Positions 51,460 through 52,662 of a stretch of DNA of 52,662 nt are shown here, in pieces (within the stretch, counting starts at the first letter, position 1; every line of letters starts with the position of its first letter). The position numbers and the translations under genes were made by a program. The stretch covers positions 1 through 52,662 of the forward strand of contig JBBILY010000002.1 in NCBI GenBank assembly GCA_037444705.1, read 5' to 3'. This DNA is from Chloroflexota bacterium. Lineage in GTDB: Bacteria; Chloroflexota; Anaerolineae; Anaerolineales; UBA4823. The notes beneath the pieces were generated by a model. The model saw only the letters and a program-made list of their open reading frames with translations, was not told the DNA's origin and did not search any database.

Positions 51460-52445
51460 CACAGCCTCCCACAAAGTGCTTTTGCTGTTTGAAAAACCAT
51501 TTCCTCCGTCGGCACGGTCAGGTCTTCAAGCACCGGCGAGAAAGGAATGGGTACATCCCTCGCGCCAATGCGTTTTACTGGCGCATCAAGATAGTAAAAA
51601 GCGCCATCAGCGATCACAGAAGCGATTTCCGCTGTGACACCATAACGCTCATAACCCTCGTCTATCACAATCGTTCGTGAGGTTTTTTTGGCTGACGCAA
51701 TCAAGGTTTCTTTATCCAAGGGGACGGTGGTGCGTGGGTCAATAACTTCTGCGTTAATACCAATTTCAGCCAGCATGTTTGCCGCTGCAAGGGCGACATG
51801 CACCATCGAACTGGTGGCAATCAGGGTGATATCTTCTCCCACGCGCTTGATATCCGCCTTGCCAAAGGGGATAGTGTATTCCCCCTCAGGGACAGCACCC
51901 TTTAGTTTGTACATCATCTTATCTTCAAAAAACACTATCGGATTATCGCTACGAATGGCGGTTTTCAGCAACCCTTTGGCGTCGTAAGGCGTAGAAGGGA
52001 TTGCTACCTGCAAACCAGGTATATGGCTGACCCAGGCTTGCAAACTCTGAGAGTGTTGAGCAGCGGAGCGGCGGGTAGCTCCCAGAGTTGTGCGGAACAC
52101 AATTGGGACTTTCAGTTTCCCGCCAGACATGTAATGCACTTTTGCAGCTTGGTTGACAATCTGGTCCATGGCTAGAGTCAAAAAATCCCCAAACATGATG
52201 TCAACCACCGGTCGCATCCCCGTCATCGCCGCCCCAACGCCAATGCCCGAAATGCCGGCTTCTGAAATTGGCGAGTCTATCACCCGTTCTTTGCCAAACT
52301 CATCCACCAGCCCAGAGAGCACTTTAAACGGCGTGCCTGCTTCGGCAACGTCTTCACCGATAATGAACACCCGTGGATCACGACGCATTTCCTCCGCTAG
52401 CGCTTCACGGATGGCTTCAGCGAAAGTTATCTCGCGCTCGGGCAT
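51459..52445 (-). CDS. 2-oxoacid (pyruvate/acetoin/branched-chain) dehydrogenase E1 component, beta subunit
   Basis: 328 aa with a typical E1beta pattern (VFIIGEDVAEAG, VIDSPISEAGISGIGVGAAMTGMRP, QHSQSL). AAGGAG lies 7 nt upstream. Confidence 0.9.
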   Translation of the reverse strand: MPEREITFAEAIREALAEEMRRDPRVFIIGEDVAEAGTPFKVLSGLVDEFGKERVIDSPISEAGISGIGVGAAMTGMRPVVDIMFGDFLTLAMDQIVNQAAKVHYMSGGKLKVPIVFRTTLGATRRSAAQHSQSLQAWVSHIPGLQVAIPSTPYDAKGLLKTAIRSDNPIVFFEDKMMYKLKGAVPEGEYTIPFGKADIKRVGEDITLIATSSMVHVALAAANMLAEIGINAEVIDPRTTVPLDKETLIASAKKTSRTIVIDEGYERYGVTAEIASVIADGAFYYLDAPVKRIGARDVPIPFSPVLEDLTVPTEEMVFQTAKALCGRL

Positions 52446-52496
52446 CTTGGCTCTCCTTCAGGAAATGGGGACACTATTGAGCATACGACCCGGGCG

Positions 52497-52662
52497 TTAT
52501 GCATACACATCCTCGTCTACTTCGCTCGGATCTGGATACGGGGCATTGATTGCGAACTGCAAAGCCGCCTCTATCTCGCGGCTGACCTGGGTCTCAATGC
52601 TATCGAGCACAAAACGATCGGTCAGGTTTTGTTCAATTAACCTGCGGGCTAAAATCTTTAAC
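52497..52662 (-). CDS. 2-oxoacid dehydrogenase E1 component, alpha subunit (3' end only; gene runs off the window)
   Basis: My minus-strand translation is ...LKILARRLIEQNLTDRFVLDSIETQVSREIEAALQFAINAPYPDPSEVDEDVYA, with a stop at 52497-52499. This is the typical E1alpha C-terminus. Confidence 0.7.
   Translation of the reverse strand, partial: LKILARRLIEQNLTDRFVLDSIETQVSREIEAALQFAINAPYPDPSEVDEDVYA

Noticed and set aside
1-52662. CRISPR arrays, insertion sequences, prophage or integrase genes, and rRNA.
   Set aside because: I saw no regularly spaced repeats, no transposase, integrase or recombinase-like ORFs, and no rRNA-like sequence. The only repeats seen are short regulatory or linker repeats, reported above.

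Overview
This is a 52.7-kb, moderately GC-rich, densely coding chromosomal window with about 55 protein genes and one tRNA. I saw no rRNA, CRISPR array, transposase or integrase. Thr/Pro-rich lipoprotein linkers, a secretin-less Tad pilus locus and MttB/corrinoid genes suggest a Chloroflexota-like (Anaerolineae-type) bacterium; that is inference only. Content from left to right follows. (1) Three tandem M42 (FrvX/TET-type) aminopeptidase paralogs plus an orphan solute-binding lipoprotein. (2) A minus-strand GntR, corrinoid protein and two non-pyrrolysine MttB-family methyltransferases; the first MttB gene has a homopolymer frameshift near its 3' end. (3) An orphan LuxR-type response regulator plus a pseudo-receiver. 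(4) A 10-gene Tad/Flp-type pilus operon headed by a stand-alone HD-GYP gene, with no secretin, pilin or prepilin peptidase. It has a TPR-LysM membrane protein inserted before the ATPase, and a Tat-exported amidase_2/degenerate-LytM fusion lies just upstream. (5) Housekeeping genes: 2-hydroxyacid dehydrogenase, a SWIM mini-protein, a holin-IV-like membrane protein, and mutL preceded by a 37-codon LysR remnant. (6) A Zn-ADH followed by a PhnD-like binding protein, a HAMP-GAF histidine kinase and a LuxR regulator, next to a B-C-A ordered complex iron-sulfur molybdoenzyme operon with a TorD-like chaperone and a c-type cytochrome. (7) tlyA, a phosphodiester glycosidase, yjbQ, an M23 peptidase and tRNA-Pro(GGG). 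(8) A long minus-strand cluster: 2-oxoacid dehydrogenase E1alpha/E1beta, an inserted M24 creatinase/prolidase-like gene, E2, LivKHMGF-type ABC transporter, EamA exporter, ACMSD-family amidohydrolase and an alpha/beta hydrolase. The best candidates for something undescribed are the sensor-coupled molybdoenzyme cluster of unknown substrate, the cell-wall-adapted secretin-less Tad system, and the M24 enzyme embedded in the 2-oxoacid dehydrogenase operon. All family calls come from reading motifs in the translations; no database search was run.
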